Shown one piece after another: positions 20,030 through 30,081 of a stretch of DNA of 64,000 nt. The notes under the pieces were generated by a model. It did not search any database and was not told the origin of the DNA. It worked only from the letters and a program-made list of their open reading frames with translations. Both the position numbers and the translations under genes were made by a program. Position 1 is the first letter of the stretch. Each line of letters begins with the position of its first letter. This DNA is from an uncultured Nitrososphaerota archaeon (GTDB taxonomy: Archaea; Thermoproteota; Nitrososphaeria; Nitrososphaerales; Gagatemarchaeaceae): NCBI GenBank assembly GCA_963703285.1, contig OY969807.1:1280001-1344000 (forward strand). The letters run 5' to 3'.

Positions 20030-20548
20030 CTAGAGCGGATGCGGTGAGCCGTTCAGGGACCTCTGGATGAGACGGTCGAGCGCTAGCTCCCCCACGGCGC
20101 CGATCGCCGTGTCCACGGGCCGGCCGTTCTTGAAGACCATGAAGGTGGGTATGGACTGGACGTCGTACCGGGTCGCGATGTCCGACTGCTCGTCGGTGTT
20201 CAGCTTCCCGAAGACGACCTTGTCGGAGTACTTCGCGGCAAGCCGGTCCACGACCGGCTCCATGGCCTTGCATGGGGGGCACCAGACGGCCCAGAAGTCG
20301 ACGAAGACGGGACGGCCGTCGCTCAGGTACCTGTCGAAGTCGGAGGTTGTCAGCGTGACAATCGGAGCGCGTCTCGAGGGGGACTCGGGCCCAGCACTCT
20401 TCGACTTCTCGCTTGGAATCTTGGCAAAATCAGGATTAGACAATGACCTTGCGACAACCTGAAAAGGGTATTTTAAAGATTCTAGGGCCGATGGGGCATT
20501 GACCGATTCTTTCGCGGAGTGGCTGGCCGCCGTCGCTCGAACGCTCAC
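20030..20548 (-). CDS. trxA: Thioredoxin; real start probably near 20420-20430
   Basis: VDFWAVWCPPC, SIPTF. Confidence 0.88.
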   Translation of the reverse strand: MSVRATAASHSAKESVNAPSALESLKYPFQVVARSLSNPDFAKIPSEKSKSAGPESPSRRAPIVTLTTSDFDRYLSDGRPVFVDFWAVWCPPCKAMEPVVDRLAAKYSDKVVFGKLNTDEQSDIATRYDVQSIPTFMVFKNGRPVDTAIGAVGELALDRLIQRSLNGSPHPL

Positions 20549-21108
20549 GCAGGACGAGCCGACGGAGAGGGTCGCGAGGGTAACGGCCGCAGTGGCTGTG
20601 ACGCTGCTGGAACGCCCGCGTGGAGGTAAGGTCCTCCTGATCAGAGCGCGCCGAGAGGCGAGGGGACCCCTGGTCGGGGGACGTGGCGTTCCCCGGAGGC
20701 AGGGTGGAGCCGGGAGACAGGAGCTTCAGAGAGGCGGCCGTCCGGGAGACGCGCGAAGAGCTGGGGGCCGACCTCGGGTCGGTGGCGCGCTTCGCCGGCT
20801 ACATGGGTCGGTTCCAGGCCAGGAGGAAGGGTATCTGGGTTGTGCCGTCGGTCTTCGTGGCGAGGGCGGTGTTTCCCATGGTCGCGAGCAGGGAGGTCTC
20901 GTCCCACATGTGGGTCTCCCTGCGGGAGCTCTTGGCCCGCGAAAACCGTTCGACCTACACCCTGGAGCAGGGTGGCGAGCGCAGGAGCTTCCCTTCGTTC
21001 AACGTCGCGGGGCGGGTCGTCTGGGGTCTGACCGAGAGAATCCTGTCGTCGCTGCTGGCAGAGGACCTGGAAGAGGGCGCGGGGCCTACTTCGAGACGTA
21101 GTCCTTGA
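20499..21108 (+). CDS. Nudix CoA pyrophosphatase, frameshift at ~20643
   Basis: VLLI / ERAERRGDPWSGDVAFPGG...RETREELG; VWGLT. Confidence 0.8.
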
Positions 21109-21520
21109 TCTCGGCGAGGTGCTCGGGGTTCCTGCGGAGGAACTCGACCAGCCTCTCTATGCGGTAGATGGTCGTCGGCTGCACATGGTGCTCTATCCCC
21201 TCCGTGTCTTCGTAGGCGACCTTGCCCTCGACGCCGATCATGGACAGGAACTCTGAGATTATCTCGTGGCGCCTTATGACGGACCTCGCTATCTTCTCGC
21301 CGGAGTCCGTCAGCTTCATCCCCCTGTACGGCTCGTGCAGGATGTAGCCGCGGGAGGCCAGCTTCCCGACCATGTTCGAGACGGTCGGAGGCTTGACCTC
21401 GAGCTTGTCGGAGATGTCGACCGTGTTGGCGTATCCCTTGTCCTCGAGGAGGTGGTACACCGTCTCCAGATAGTCCTCCGCCCGGGGCGTCTCCTGCTTC
21501 TTCCCTGCTCCCCTCGGCAT
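21086..21520 (-). CDS. DtxR/MntR metal-dependent regulator
   Basis: EDYLE, PPTVS, LT..GE..A, RRH, EGIEH. Confidence 0.92.
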   Translation of the reverse strand: MPRGAGKKQETPRAEDYLETVYHLLEDKGYANTVDISDKLEVKPPTVSNMVGKLASRGYILHEPYRGMKLTDSGEKIARSVIRRHEIISEFLSMIGVEGKVAYEDTEGIEHHVQPTTIYRIERLVEFLRRNPEHLAEIKDYVSK

Positions 21521-21608
21521 CTTCGACTTCCCGTCCGAGCCAACTTAAAAGGATTACAAAATCTCAGTCTAACATCTTTCGATTAGCCTAGTCTGAGCGG
21601 GCGGGTGC

Positions 21609-22136
21609 TCAGCGCAGGTCGGGAACTGATTCAGCCCTGGCCTCGGGGACGAGCTGTCTCTGCCTGCTCTGGACCCTCGAGCGCCTTACCTCCCCGCGCT
21701 CGTAGGGGAAGACGACCCAGGTGTCGACCGTCTGGAGCGAGTAGTCCGGGACGAACGTGCTCCACGGCTTCGTGAAGAGGACCGCGGTCTTCATAATCGC
21801 CGGCTTCTCCGGGACGAAGTACTGGGTGACCGTCTCCATGGTCTCGCCGCCGTCCACGAGGTCGTCGACGACGAGCACCCTCTTCCCCGAGATGCGCTCG
21901 GTGACTGTGGTGAGGATCTTGGGCTTCACACGCTCGCCCACGTCGGTGTACGACTTCACGTTGATGAAGTCGACCTTGCTGCCTATCCTGTCCGCGACGG
22001 TCATGGCGACGGGGAGCCCTCCCCGGGCGATTCCGATGACGAGGTCGAATTTCTCCCCGCTCGAGTGCACCTCGTCGGCTAGCCGCGTGACGAGTTCGCC
22101 GTACTGGCCCCAGCTGAGGTATCGCAGCTTCGGCAT
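21609..22136 (-). CDS. Purine phosphoribosyltransferase (HGPRT/Gpt-like)
   Basis: IARGG, VLVVDDLVDGGET, WVVFPYE. Confidence 0.85.
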   Translation of the reverse strand: MPKLRYLSWGQYGELVTRLADEVHSSGEKFDLVIGIARGGLPVAMTVADRIGSKVDFINVKSYTDVGERVKPKILTTVTERISGKRVLVVDDLVDGGETMETVTQYFVPEKPAIMKTAVLFTKPWSTFVPDYSLQTVDTWVVFPYERGEVRRSRVQSRQRQLVPEARAESVPDLR

Positions 22137-22169
22137 TGGTCTGGCCAGCGAGAGCCCTCTAAAAAGTCT

Positions 22170-23042
22170 TCAAGAAGAGGGCGGTCCCGGCCGGGCTGCC
22201 CGGACCCTCCCGGGGCGGAGTCGCGAGATGTAGATTCCGGCGAACATGACCCCGACTCCAGCAACCTCGACGGGCGAGGGTATCTCCCCCGTCAGCAGCG
22301 CTTGGATGATGACGGTCGTTGCGGGGACCGCGAACGCGACCGTGGTTATCCTCCCTATGGACTCGATCCTTGCCAGCGCGTTCCAGAGAAGGAGGGAGAG
22401 CGCGCCCCCGACCAAGGCGACGTACCCGAGGTCGATGAAGAATCCGGAGGCGGGGTTTAGGTGGAAGGTGAACGGAAAGAGGGGCAGGAAGAAGAGCCCT
22501 CCGATGAGGAACTGCGTCGCCACAGTCCTGACCGGGTCCTGGTTCTTCAGCTTCCTGTAGTAGACGGTGTAGAGCCCCCAGAAGACCGCGCCCATCACGG
22601 TGAAGACGATCCCGAGTAGCGAGCCTCCGGCGTAGCTGAGCGCAGACCCGTAGGTCGCGACGCCTGCAAAACCGATTAGGGTCCCGGCGGCGGTGAGCTT
22701 GGAGGTTCCCTCCTTCAGTATAAGCGCCGCGAGCGGAATCGCAAAGAGGGGCATCGTGTAGCTCAGGACGGCTGACTGGCCCGGGGAGACGTAGACGAGG
22801 CCCGTGGCCCAGAAGGTGCTGCTGAGGAAGGTGAAGAAGCTCAGCAGTACCGTGTCCCTGTTCACGATGGGCCTGAAGCTCCGGACGATCGCGAAGCAGA
22901 TCGCCGAAGCAAGGAGATAGCGGATGCCCATGAAGACGATGGGGTCGACGTATTGCAGGCCGTCCTTGGTGAACTGGTACGTGAGACTAGAAGCGAGCAC
23001 GTAGGGAAGGGCGTAGGTGAACATGCCTCTCTTGGTGCTCAT
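22170..23042 (-). CDS. EamA/DMT family transporter
   Basis: About 10 TM segments, duplicated EamA pattern. Confidence 0.85.
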   Translation of the reverse strand: MSTKRGMFTYALPYVLASSLTYQFTKDGLQYVDPIVFMGIRYLLASAICFAIVRSFRPIVNRDTVLLSFFTFLSSTFWATGLVYVSPGQSAVLSYTMPLFAIPLAALILKEGTSKLTAAGTLIGFAGVATYGSALSYAGGSLLGIVFTVMGAVFWGLYTVYYRKLKNQDPVRTVATQFLIGGLFFLPLFPFTFHLNPASGFFIDLGYVALVGGALSLLLWNALARIESIGRITTVAFAVPATTVIIQALLTGEIPSPVEVAGVGVMFAGIYISRLRPGRVRAARPGPPSS

Positions 23043-23189
23043 CGGCGGCGCCCAGTGTCGCCTGCGGTCGCCTCATAAGTAGATTGAACGGAAACGCTAT
23101 CGCGGCCGTGTCACCCGAAGGGAAAGGGGCGCCGCGATAGCCAGAAAGAAGATGCGGAGAGGTCGGCTCTTTCTGGCTCTTGGTTTAGA

Positions 23190-23204
23190 TGGGCCGGGAG
23201 AGAC
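23190..23204 (-). repeat. 15-bp copy of the tRNA-Val 3' end (att-like scar)
   Basis: TGGGCCGGGAGAGAC identical to 23366-23380. Confidence 0.75.
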
Positions 23205-23365
23205 GCGACCACTTTACTGTTCAAACCCGCATCCCAGGACCGAACGAGTTCAAGCTCGACGTGAATCGACGAGCCTACTTTCCCAACCTGGAATCGAACT
23301 GGCGATAGAATCGTCAGAATTGGGCTCTTTCCGTTAACTAGAGGGTATTCTGGGTTAATTGCTAG

Positions 23366-23440
23366 TGGGCCGGGAGAGACTTGAACTCTCGACATTCGCC
23401 GTGTAAGAGCGACGTCCTAACCGAGCTAGACGACCGGCCC
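23366..23440 (-). tRNA. tRNA-Val(TAC)
   Basis: Cloverleaf GGGCCGG.../CCGGCCC-A; loop CT-TAC-AC; T-loop TTCAAGT. Confidence 0.95.
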
Positions 23441-23721
23441 GAGACGCGTCCCGGCCGACATCGGTAATAAGCGTTGGAAGGTTAAGTCGACGCGAAGTTC
23501 TGACGTCTTTCCCGCTGAAAGCAGGAGAAATTTTCGGAGACCTTCCAAATACTTAAATAGAAAACGCGGAGCGACTATCTCGAGTGATGCGAATGCGAGG
23601 GGATCAACTTCATGGGAGCTGGTTCTGTTCATCATTCGCTATGAAAGTCCGTTAGGCATCACAAGGTTATCGGCGACCGTCTTCGCCCCTTCACCGGTTA
23701 CGCGTATGTCTACTTCGAGAG

Positions 23722-24681
23722 GTGTGGAATACGGTTAAGCAACTGAAGCTGGCGCTGCCCAAGGGTTCGCTGGAGAAGGCAACCTTCGAGATCTTCCAGA
23801 AGTCCTACTACAAGATCTCCGGCCAGGACAGGACCTACAGGCCTTTCTTCGGAGACCCGGAGGTAGAGCTCAGGATACTCAGGCCACAGGAGATACCTGT
23901 GTACGTCGCGGACGGCGTCCAGGACGCGGGAATCACGGGAATCGACTGGATTCGCGAGACGGGCGCGAACGTGGAGAAGGTCCTGGACCTGGAGTACGGG
24001 AGGGTGAAGATCGTCACGGCGTTCCCGAAGTCTGCGCCCTACGAGAAGGCCAGCGAGCTTCTGGAGGACTACTGGAAGAGGGGCAAGGCCGTCCGCGTGT
24101 CGGCGGAGTACCTCAACATCACCTCAGACTACCTGAAGTCGATACCCGCATACAAGAAGCTCTTCGGGAAGAAGGAGCCCATGATAATCACGCCGTGGTG
24201 GAGGAAGGGCGACAACCCGAAGGCGAGGGTCTACCTCTCTTTCGGCGCGACCGAGGCCAAGCCCCCGGAGATCGCCGACATCATCGTGGACGTGACGGAG
24301 ACCGGCACGACGCTCGAACAAAACAACCTGAGGCAGGGGGAGACGATAATGGTCTCGACCGCCCACCTCGTCACCAACAAGTCCGCGATGAACCTTGCGT
24401 GGAAGAGGGAGAAAATCTACGACCTGAAGGTGATGCTCAGGGGTGTCGTGGAGGCCCAGAAGAAGCTACATATCTTCGTCAACGTCCGTGAGGAGAACCT
24501 CCAGAAGCTCCTCTCGCAGCTGCCATCGCTGAAGAGGCCGACGATAAGCCCGCTCTCCGAGAAGGGGTGGTTCGCAGTGAACACCGTGATCGGCAGGAGC
24601 GACCTACTGAAGATGCTACCCACCCTCAGGAGGCTCAGCCAGGGTCTGGTGGTGCACGAGCCCCAGCAGATCCTCTCCTAG
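23722..24681 (+). CDS. hisG: ATP phosphoribosyltransferase (long form)
   Basis: LPKGSL, DAGITG, FGATE, DVTETGTTL, C-terminal PTISPL. Confidence 0.95.
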   Translation: MWNTVKQLKLALPKGSLEKATFEIFQKSYYKISGQDRTYRPFFGDPEVELRILRPQEIPVYVADGVQDAGITGIDWIRETGANVEKVLDLEYGRVKIVTAFPKSAPYEKASELLEDYWKRGKAVRVSAEYLNITSDYLKSIPAYKKLFGKKEPMIITPWWRKGDNPKARVYLSFGATEAKPPEIADIIVDVTETGTTLEQNNLRQGETIMVSTAHLVTNKSAMNLAWKREKIYDLKVMLRGVVEAQKKLHIFVNVREENLQKLLSQLPSLKRPTISPLSEKGWFAVNTVIGRSDLLKMLPTLRRLSQGLVVHEPQQILS

Positions 24682-24709
24682 AGGAGTTCGCAGGAGAGAA
24701 CGGGGAGAA

Positions 24710-26005
24710 ATGAATCAGCTCCTCCCCCCGGTGAGGGTCGAGAAGGGGGACTACGCGGGCGCAGCCGCCCGTATCAGGGGCCGGGCTCGCGACACCCCGT
24801 CAGTCGAGGGGGCAGCTCGGAAGATAATCGCGCGCGTGAGGCGTGATGGGGACGCCGCCCTGAGGGAGCTGACTCTGGAGCTGGACCACGCGAAGACAAC
24901 CGGGAGCTTGAGGGTGGGAGAAGAGGAGATGGAGCGCGCGCTAGAGAGGGTAGAGCGACGGCTCCGTGACTCTTTGGAGTTCTCGCTCACGCGTCTCAGG
25001 AAGACCCAGGGGCAGCTCCTCAGGCGGCTCTCGTACTCCTATGTCTCGGACGGTTTTGTCACCCGGACGGTCGCGAGGGGTCTGCCCTCGGTCGGATGCT
25101 ATGTGCCCGGAGGGAGGGCTGCGTACGCGAGCACCGTCCTCATGACGGCCGGCGTCGCCAAGCTGGCGGGCGTCAGGAGGGTGGCGGTTTGCACGCCTCC
25201 ACGCCCTGACGGGACGGTGAACGAAGCGATCCTAGCCGCTGCAAGGTTGTGTGGGGTCGACGAGGTCTACAGGGTCGGGGGAGCTCAGGCGATTGCCGCG
25301 CTCGCCTACGGGACGGAGTCGATCCCGAAGGTATCGAAGATCGTCGGTCCCGGGGGGCTGTTCGTCTCGGTCGCAAAGAAGATCGTCTCCAACGACGTGC
25401 AGATCGACTTCTTCGCAGGGCCGACGGAGATCGTTGTGGTGGGCGACGGGACGACCGACCCGCGCGTCGCGGCGTGGGACCTCGTCGGGCAGGCGGAGCA
25501 CGGAGAGGACACCCTCTGCGGGCTCATCACCTGGGACCCACGCCTGGCCGAGAGGGTCAGGAAGGAGGTCACTGGGATAGTTCCGGGCGTGGAGAGGAAG
25601 CAGTACGTGAGGGGCGCCCTTGCACACGGTTTCGCAGTCGTCTGCGCCGACAGGGACGCGGCCGCCGAGATGGTCAACGCGCTTGCCCCAGAGCACGTCG
25701 AGTTGATGATGGACGACCCGAGGGATTTCGCCGACATGGTAGAGAACGCGGGGCTCGTCCTCTCGGGGAGGTATGCGCCCTGCGCGGCGAGCGACTACTG
25801 CGTCGGGACGGACCACGTGATCCCGACGGAAGGCTACGCCGCAGACAGGGCGAGCCTCTCGGTACTGGACTTTGTCAAGGTGACATGGGTCGTCGAAGGG
25901 ACCAGGCGGGGGCTGAGGACGATTCTTCCCGCTCTCGAATCGCTCGCCAAAGCGGAGGGCCTCCCCAACCACTACAGGTCCGTGGAGTCGCGGTTCAGAA
26001 GATGA
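24710..26005 (+). CDS. hisD: Histidinol dehydrogenase
   Basis: YVPGG, GGAQAIAALAYG, AGPTE, QAEH, PEH. Confidence 0.95.
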   Translation: MNQLLPPVRVEKGDYAGAAARIRGRARDTPSVEGAARKIIARVRRDGDAALRELTLELDHAKTTGSLRVGEEEMERALERVERRLRDSLEFSLTRLRKTQGQLLRRLSYSYVSDGFVTRTVARGLPSVGCYVPGGRAAYASTVLMTAGVAKLAGVRRVAVCTPPRPDGTVNEAILAAARLCGVDEVYRVGGAQAIAALAYGTESIPKVSKIVGPGGLFVSVAKKIVSNDVQIDFFAGPTEIVVVGDGTTDPRVAAWDLVGQAEHGEDTLCGLITWDPRLAERVRKEVTGIVPGVERKQYVRGALAHGFAVVCADRDAAAEMVNALAPEHVELMMDDPRDFADMVENAGLVLSGRYAPCAASDYCVGTDHVIPTEGYAADRASLSVLDFVKVTWVVEGTRRGLRTILPALESLAKAEGLPNHYRSVESRFRR

Positions 26006-27078
26006 GGACGGGCCACTACGAGGCGGTCGATTCGGGCGGCGGGCCCTCGATGGTCCGCGAGGAGTCGAGGGACCAGCTCAGGGAGGTCGACGCGATCGTC
26101 TTCGACTGCGATGGGACGCTGATCGACGCCCGCAGGTCCTACGACACGACCATACTCAGGACGACGAAGAAGATGATCGAGGGTTTCTCAGGTGTCTCCA
26201 TCCCGCTGGAGGACGCGGGCGGGGAGATGATTCTCGCCATCCGGAGGACGGGGGGTTTCAACAGCGACTGGGACACGACCTACGCCCTCTCGCTGCTCTC
26301 GGGGGCCGCCATCGAGCGTTGCGAAGTGGGGAAGAGCCCCGACCTGGTCCTGGCGGAGCTGGGGAAGCTGGTCGCCGACTTCGGATCGAGGAAGAGGCTG
26401 GCCGGACACAGGTCCATCGATGGATACATCGCCCGTGCTGGGCTCGCCTCCGAAGGCATGAAGGAGCTCCGCAGGTACCTCGGCTATCCCGGAAACGCAA
26501 GGGTGTCCAGGATGACGGCGGCGTTCGACCAGCTCTACTACGGCGGGAGGCTCTTCCGCGAGGTCTACGGGGTGAGGCCCGCCACCTGGTACGAAAGGGG
26601 GCTGATAGAGAGGGAGACGCTCTTCGTCGGCCGAGAGGACCTCGTCAGGTTCAGGCGAATAGTCGGCGGGAAGAGGATGGCCATCGCGACGGGCCGTCCG
26701 TTCGTGGCGGTCAAGCACGCGCTGGGTCGGCTCCTGAGTTACTTCGAGAGGGACGCGTCGGTGTTCATAGGGGACATAGACATCTACCCAGAGCTCGCCT
26801 CCGAGATGGAAAGGTACAGGAAGCCGAGCGGAGCTAGCCTGATCAAGGCGCACGAGATGCTCAAGCCGAAGATGATGCTCTACGTAGGCGATTCGGCCGA
26901 GGACAGGCTCATGGTGGACGACGCCCGGAAGAGCTACGGGAACACGCTCTTCGCCGGAATATATGGGACATCCTTCGATGACGCGTCGCAGATGTCATAC
27001 TTTAGAGGGACGGGCTCCGACCTGCTGGTGAAGACTCTGGACCAGATGCCCGCGCTGCTCGAGATGATCAAGAAATGA
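26002..27078 (+). CDS. HAD-superfamily hydrolase, probable histidinol-phosphatase
   Basis: FDCDGTL, ATGRP, KP, YVGDSAED; ATGA overlaps with hisD and hisB. Confidence 0.8.
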   Translation: MRTGHYEAVDSGGGPSMVREESRDQLREVDAIVFDCDGTLIDARRSYDTTILRTTKKMIEGFSGVSIPLEDAGGEMILAIRRTGGFNSDWDTTYALSLLSGAAIERCEVGKSPDLVLAELGKLVADFGSRKRLAGHRSIDGYIARAGLASEGMKELRRYLGYPGNARVSRMTAAFDQLYYGGRLFREVYGVRPATWYERGLIERETLFVGREDLVRFRRIVGGKRMAIATGRPFVAVKHALGRLLSYFERDASVFIGDIDIYPELASEMERYRKPSGASLIKAHEMLKPKMMLYVGDSAEDRLMVDDARKSYGNTLFAGIYGTSFDDASQMSYFRGTGSDLLVKTLDQMPALLEMIKK

Positions 27079-27653
27079 GGAAGGCGCAAGTCAGGAAGAA
27101 GACCAGGGAGACGCAGGTGGAGGTATCCGTCGACCTCGACGGGAGGGGTGCGTCTGTCTGCGCCACGGGGGTGAAGTTCCTCGACCACATTCTCGATTCC
27201 TTCGCGACGCACAGCCTCGTCGACCTCAGCGTCAGCGCAGAGGGAGACCTGCAGCACCACATCGTCGAGGACGTGGCGCTTGCCCTGGGGGCTGCCCTCA
27301 GCGAGGCGCTCTCGGACAGGGCCGGTATCGCCCGCTTCGGCGAGGCTATCGTCCCGATGGACGACGCCCTAGTCCTCGTGAGCATCGACCTGGTGCGCAG
27401 GCCGTACGCCTCAATCCAGCTCGGTCTCGAGCGGGTGATGGTCGAGGACGCGCCGAGGGAGGACCTGGAGCACTTCTTCCAGTCCCTCGCGACGAGCCTT
27501 GGCTCGACGGTGCACGTCAAGGTCCTTGACGGGAAGAACGACCACCACAAGTTCGAGGCGGCCGTGAAGGGGGTCGCGCTGGCGTTCAGGAGGGCGGCGA
27601 CGCCCGACCCCAGGCGCTCGGGGAAGCAGCCCTCGTCGAAGGGGGCGATGTAG
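27075..27653 (+). CDS. hisB: Imidazoleglycerol-phosphate dehydratase
   Basis: FLDH, HHIVED, PMDD, NDHHKFEA. Confidence 0.95.
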   Translation: MRKAQVRKKTRETQVEVSVDLDGRGASVCATGVKFLDHILDSFATHSLVDLSVSAEGDLQHHIVEDVALALGAALSEALSDRAGIARFGEAIVPMDDALVLVSIDLVRRPYASIQLGLERVMVEDAPREDLEHFFQSLATSLGSTVHVKVLDGKNDHHKFEAAVKGVALAFRRAATPDPRRSGKQPSSKGAM

Positions 27654-27654
27654 C

Positions 27655-28248
27655 ATGAAGTTCAAGGTCTTCAACTACGGCGCGGGGAACCTCTACAGCA
27701 TCCGGGTCGCACTGGAGAAGGAGGGCGTGACCCCAGTCGTGACCAAGACCGGGGCAGGGATGGAGGAGGCCGACGGGCTGGTCCTTCCCGGCGTGGGGTC
27801 GTTCGACCAGGCCGCCAGGACCCTGCCGATGGAGAGGATCAGGGAGGTCATCAGGTCGGGGAAGCCCGCCTTGGGCATCTGCCTTGGCCTGCAGCTCTTC
27901 TACTCGTCGAGCGAGGAGGGCAGAGCGAGGGGGCTCTCCCTGCTCAGGGGGAGGGTCAGGCGCTTCCCGGCTTCGGTGAAGGTCCCGCAGATAGGATGGA
28001 ACACACTCGCAGTCAGGAAAGGGGGCGACCTCACGGACGGAGTCCCGGACGGCTCGTGGGTCTACTACGTCAACTCCTTCGTGCCCGAGGCGAAGGGCCC
28101 GACGGTCGCTGCTACGAGCACCTACGGCGTGGAGTATCCTGCACTCGTCGCCGGGGGGAACGTCTACGGCGCTCAGTTCCACCCGGAGAAGTCGGGGTCC
28201 GTAGGTCGGAGGGTGCTCCAGAACTTCATCAGGGCGGCGAAGAGATAG
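27655..28248 (+). CDS. hisH: IGP synthase glutaminase subunit
   Basis: LPGVG, GICLG, QFHPEKS. Confidence 0.95.
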   Translation: MKFKVFNYGAGNLYSIRVALEKEGVTPVVTKTGAGMEEADGLVLPGVGSFDQAARTLPMERIREVIRSGKPALGICLGLQLFYSSSEEGRARGLSLLRGRVRRFPASVKVPQIGWNTLAVRKGGDLTDGVPDGSWVYYVNSFVPEAKGPTVAATSTYGVEYPALVAGGNVYGAQFHPEKSGSVGRRVLQNFIRAAKR

Positions 28249-28250
28249 GC

Positions 28251-28964
28251 ATGGAGCTCTGGGCGGCAATCGATCTTCTTGGAGGGGCGGCGGTCACCCT
28301 CGTCCAGGGCAGGGCGGACGAGAAGACCGTCTGGAACGCAAGCCCGCTGGAGTTCGCAGGGAGGTGGCAGGACGCCGGCGCGGACGGGCTACACGTGATC
28401 GACCTCGACGCGGCCTTCGGCAGCGGGTCGAACAGGGAGGTCGTGGCTAGGATCGTCAGGGAATCGAGCGTCCCGGTGCAGGTGGGCGGCGGGATCAGGA
28501 GCGCCGAGGCTGCGCGCCAGTGGTTGGAGGCTGGCGCGTCGAGGGTCGTCCTGGGGACCCTCGTCTTCGGCGAACCGAATGCTGCCAAGGAGCTGATCGA
28601 GGCCCATGGGGCGGAGAGGCTGGTCGCCGCAGCGGACTACAGGGACGGAGAGATAGTAACGAGAGGTTGGAAGGAGAGCCAGGGGATAGGGGTACTCCAG
28701 GCGGTCATGAGCCTCGAGGCGCAGGGATTCAGGAACCTCCTGGCGACGTCGGTCGGTAGGGACGGAACGGAGTCGGGACCCGACATCGCGACGGTCGAGC
28801 AGCTCTCCTCCGTGACCAAGATGAAGGTGATGGCGTCGGGGGGAATCCGCGACGTGGAGGACTTGGCACGGCTCGAGGGCGCGGGCGCCTGGGCCACCGT
28901 CATCGGGAGGGCGCTCTACGAAGGCAGGGTCGAGCTGGCCGAGGCCAGGAGGAGGGTACGCTGA
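28251..28964 (+). CDS. hisA: ProFAR isomerase
   Basis: AIDL, HVIDLD, QVGGGIR, ASGG, GRALY; ATG at 28251. Confidence 0.93.
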   Translation: MELWAAIDLLGGAAVTLVQGRADEKTVWNASPLEFAGRWQDAGADGLHVIDLDAAFGSGSNREVVARIVRESSVPVQVGGGIRSAEAARQWLEAGASRVVLGTLVFGEPNAAKELIEAHGAERLVAAADYRDGEIVTRGWKESQGIGVLQAVMSLEAQGFRNLLATSVGRDGTESGPDIATVEQLSSVTKMKVMASGGIRDVEDLARLEGAGAWATVIGRALYEGRVELAEARRRVR

Positions 28965-29722
28965 TGCCCCTCGCCAAGAGGGTAGTGCCCTGCCTCGACG
29001 TGAAGAGCGGGAGGGTTGTCAAGGGAGTGAACTTCGGGGGGCTCCGGGACGCAGGCGACCCTGTGGAGATGGCAGAGAGGTACAGGGACGAGGGGGCCGA
29101 CGAGGTGGTCTTCCTCGACATCACGGCGAGCCTCGAGAAGAGGGCCACGCTCAGGTCCCTTGTAAAGAGAGTGGCCGCTAACCTGGACATCCCGTTCACG
29201 GTAGGTGGTGGAATCGGGACGATGGGAGACGCGAGGCTCGCACTCTGCAGCGGCGCCGACAAGGTCGCGGTGAACACGGCCGCCCTAGAGCGACCCGACC
29301 TGATCAGCAGGCTGGCAGAGGTGTTCGGCTCCCAGTGCGTCGTCCTCGCCATAGACGCAAAGAAGACGAATCACGGTTACGAGGTCTTCAGTCACTCCGC
29401 AACCAGGTCGACCGGTCTCGGGGCGGTCGAGTGGGCGAAGAGGGGCGCCGAGCTGGGTGCCGGTGAGCTCCTCGTGACCTCCATAGACCGGGACGGCACG
29501 AAGATGGGCTACGACCTAGGACTGCTCGGGGTGATAACGTCCAGCGTCAACGTCCCGGTGGTGGCGAGCGGCGGAGCGGGGAGGCTCGAGCACTTCCTCG
29601 AGGCGTTCCGCGACGCGGGGTGCGACGCCGCCCTGGCGGCCTCGCTCTTCCACTACGGCGAGCTCACGGTCGGGGAGGTGAAAGATTATCTCAGGGCGAA
29701 CGGGGTCGTGGTGAGACCTTGA
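28964..29722 (+). CDS. hisF: IGP synthase cyclase subunit
   Basis: [25 protein letters not shown]. Confidence 0.96.
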   Translation: MPLAKRVVPCLDVKSGRVVKGVNFGGLRDAGDPVEMAERYRDEGADEVVFLDITASLEKRATLRSLVKRVAANLDIPFTVGGGIGTMGDARLALCSGADKVAVNTAALERPDLISRLAEVFGSQCVVLAIDAKKTNHGYEVFSHSATRSTGLGAVEWAKRGAELGAGELLVTSIDRDGTKMGYDLGLLGVITSSVNVPVVASGGAGRLEHFLEAFRDAGCDAALAASLFHYGELTVGEVKDYLRANGVVVRP

Positions 29723-30045
29723 ATCAGGCAGCGATGGGCGAGATAGACTTTGCCAAGGGGGATGGCCTCGTCCCGGTGGTGACCCAGGAGGCGACCTCGG
29801 GGAAGGTGCTCATGGTCGCCTACGCCAACGAGGAGGCCGTTAGACTGACGCTCGAGACCCGCATGGCGCACTACTGGAGCAGGTCCAGGAACAAGCTGTG
29901 GAAGAAGGGCGAGGAATCGGGGAACGTGCAGAAGGTGCACGAGGTGCTGATAGACTGCGACGGGGACACGCTGCTCTACGTCGTGGACCAGTCAGGGCCG
30001 GCGTGCCACACCGGCAACGAGACCTGCTTCTTCAGAAAGCTGTAG
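29719..30045 (+). CDS. hisI: Phosphoribosyl-AMP cyclohydrolase
   Basis: WSRSR.KLW.KGE.SG, DCDGD, ACHTG. Confidence 0.95.
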   Translation: MNQAAMGEIDFAKGDGLVPVVTQEATSGKVLMVAYANEEAVRLTLETRMAHYWSRSRNKLWKKGEESGNVQKVHEVLIDCDGDTLLYVVDQSGPACHTGNETCFFRKL

Positions 30046-30081
30046 GGCCAGACTCCGGCCTGGGCAGAGGGGAACCGTCCC

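Noticed and set aside
25249-26001. 609-aa ORF as an N-terminally extended HAD protein
   Set aside because: The extension overlaps hisD in another frame and is Arg/Gly-rich shadow translation; the ATGA overlap at 26002 gives the real start.
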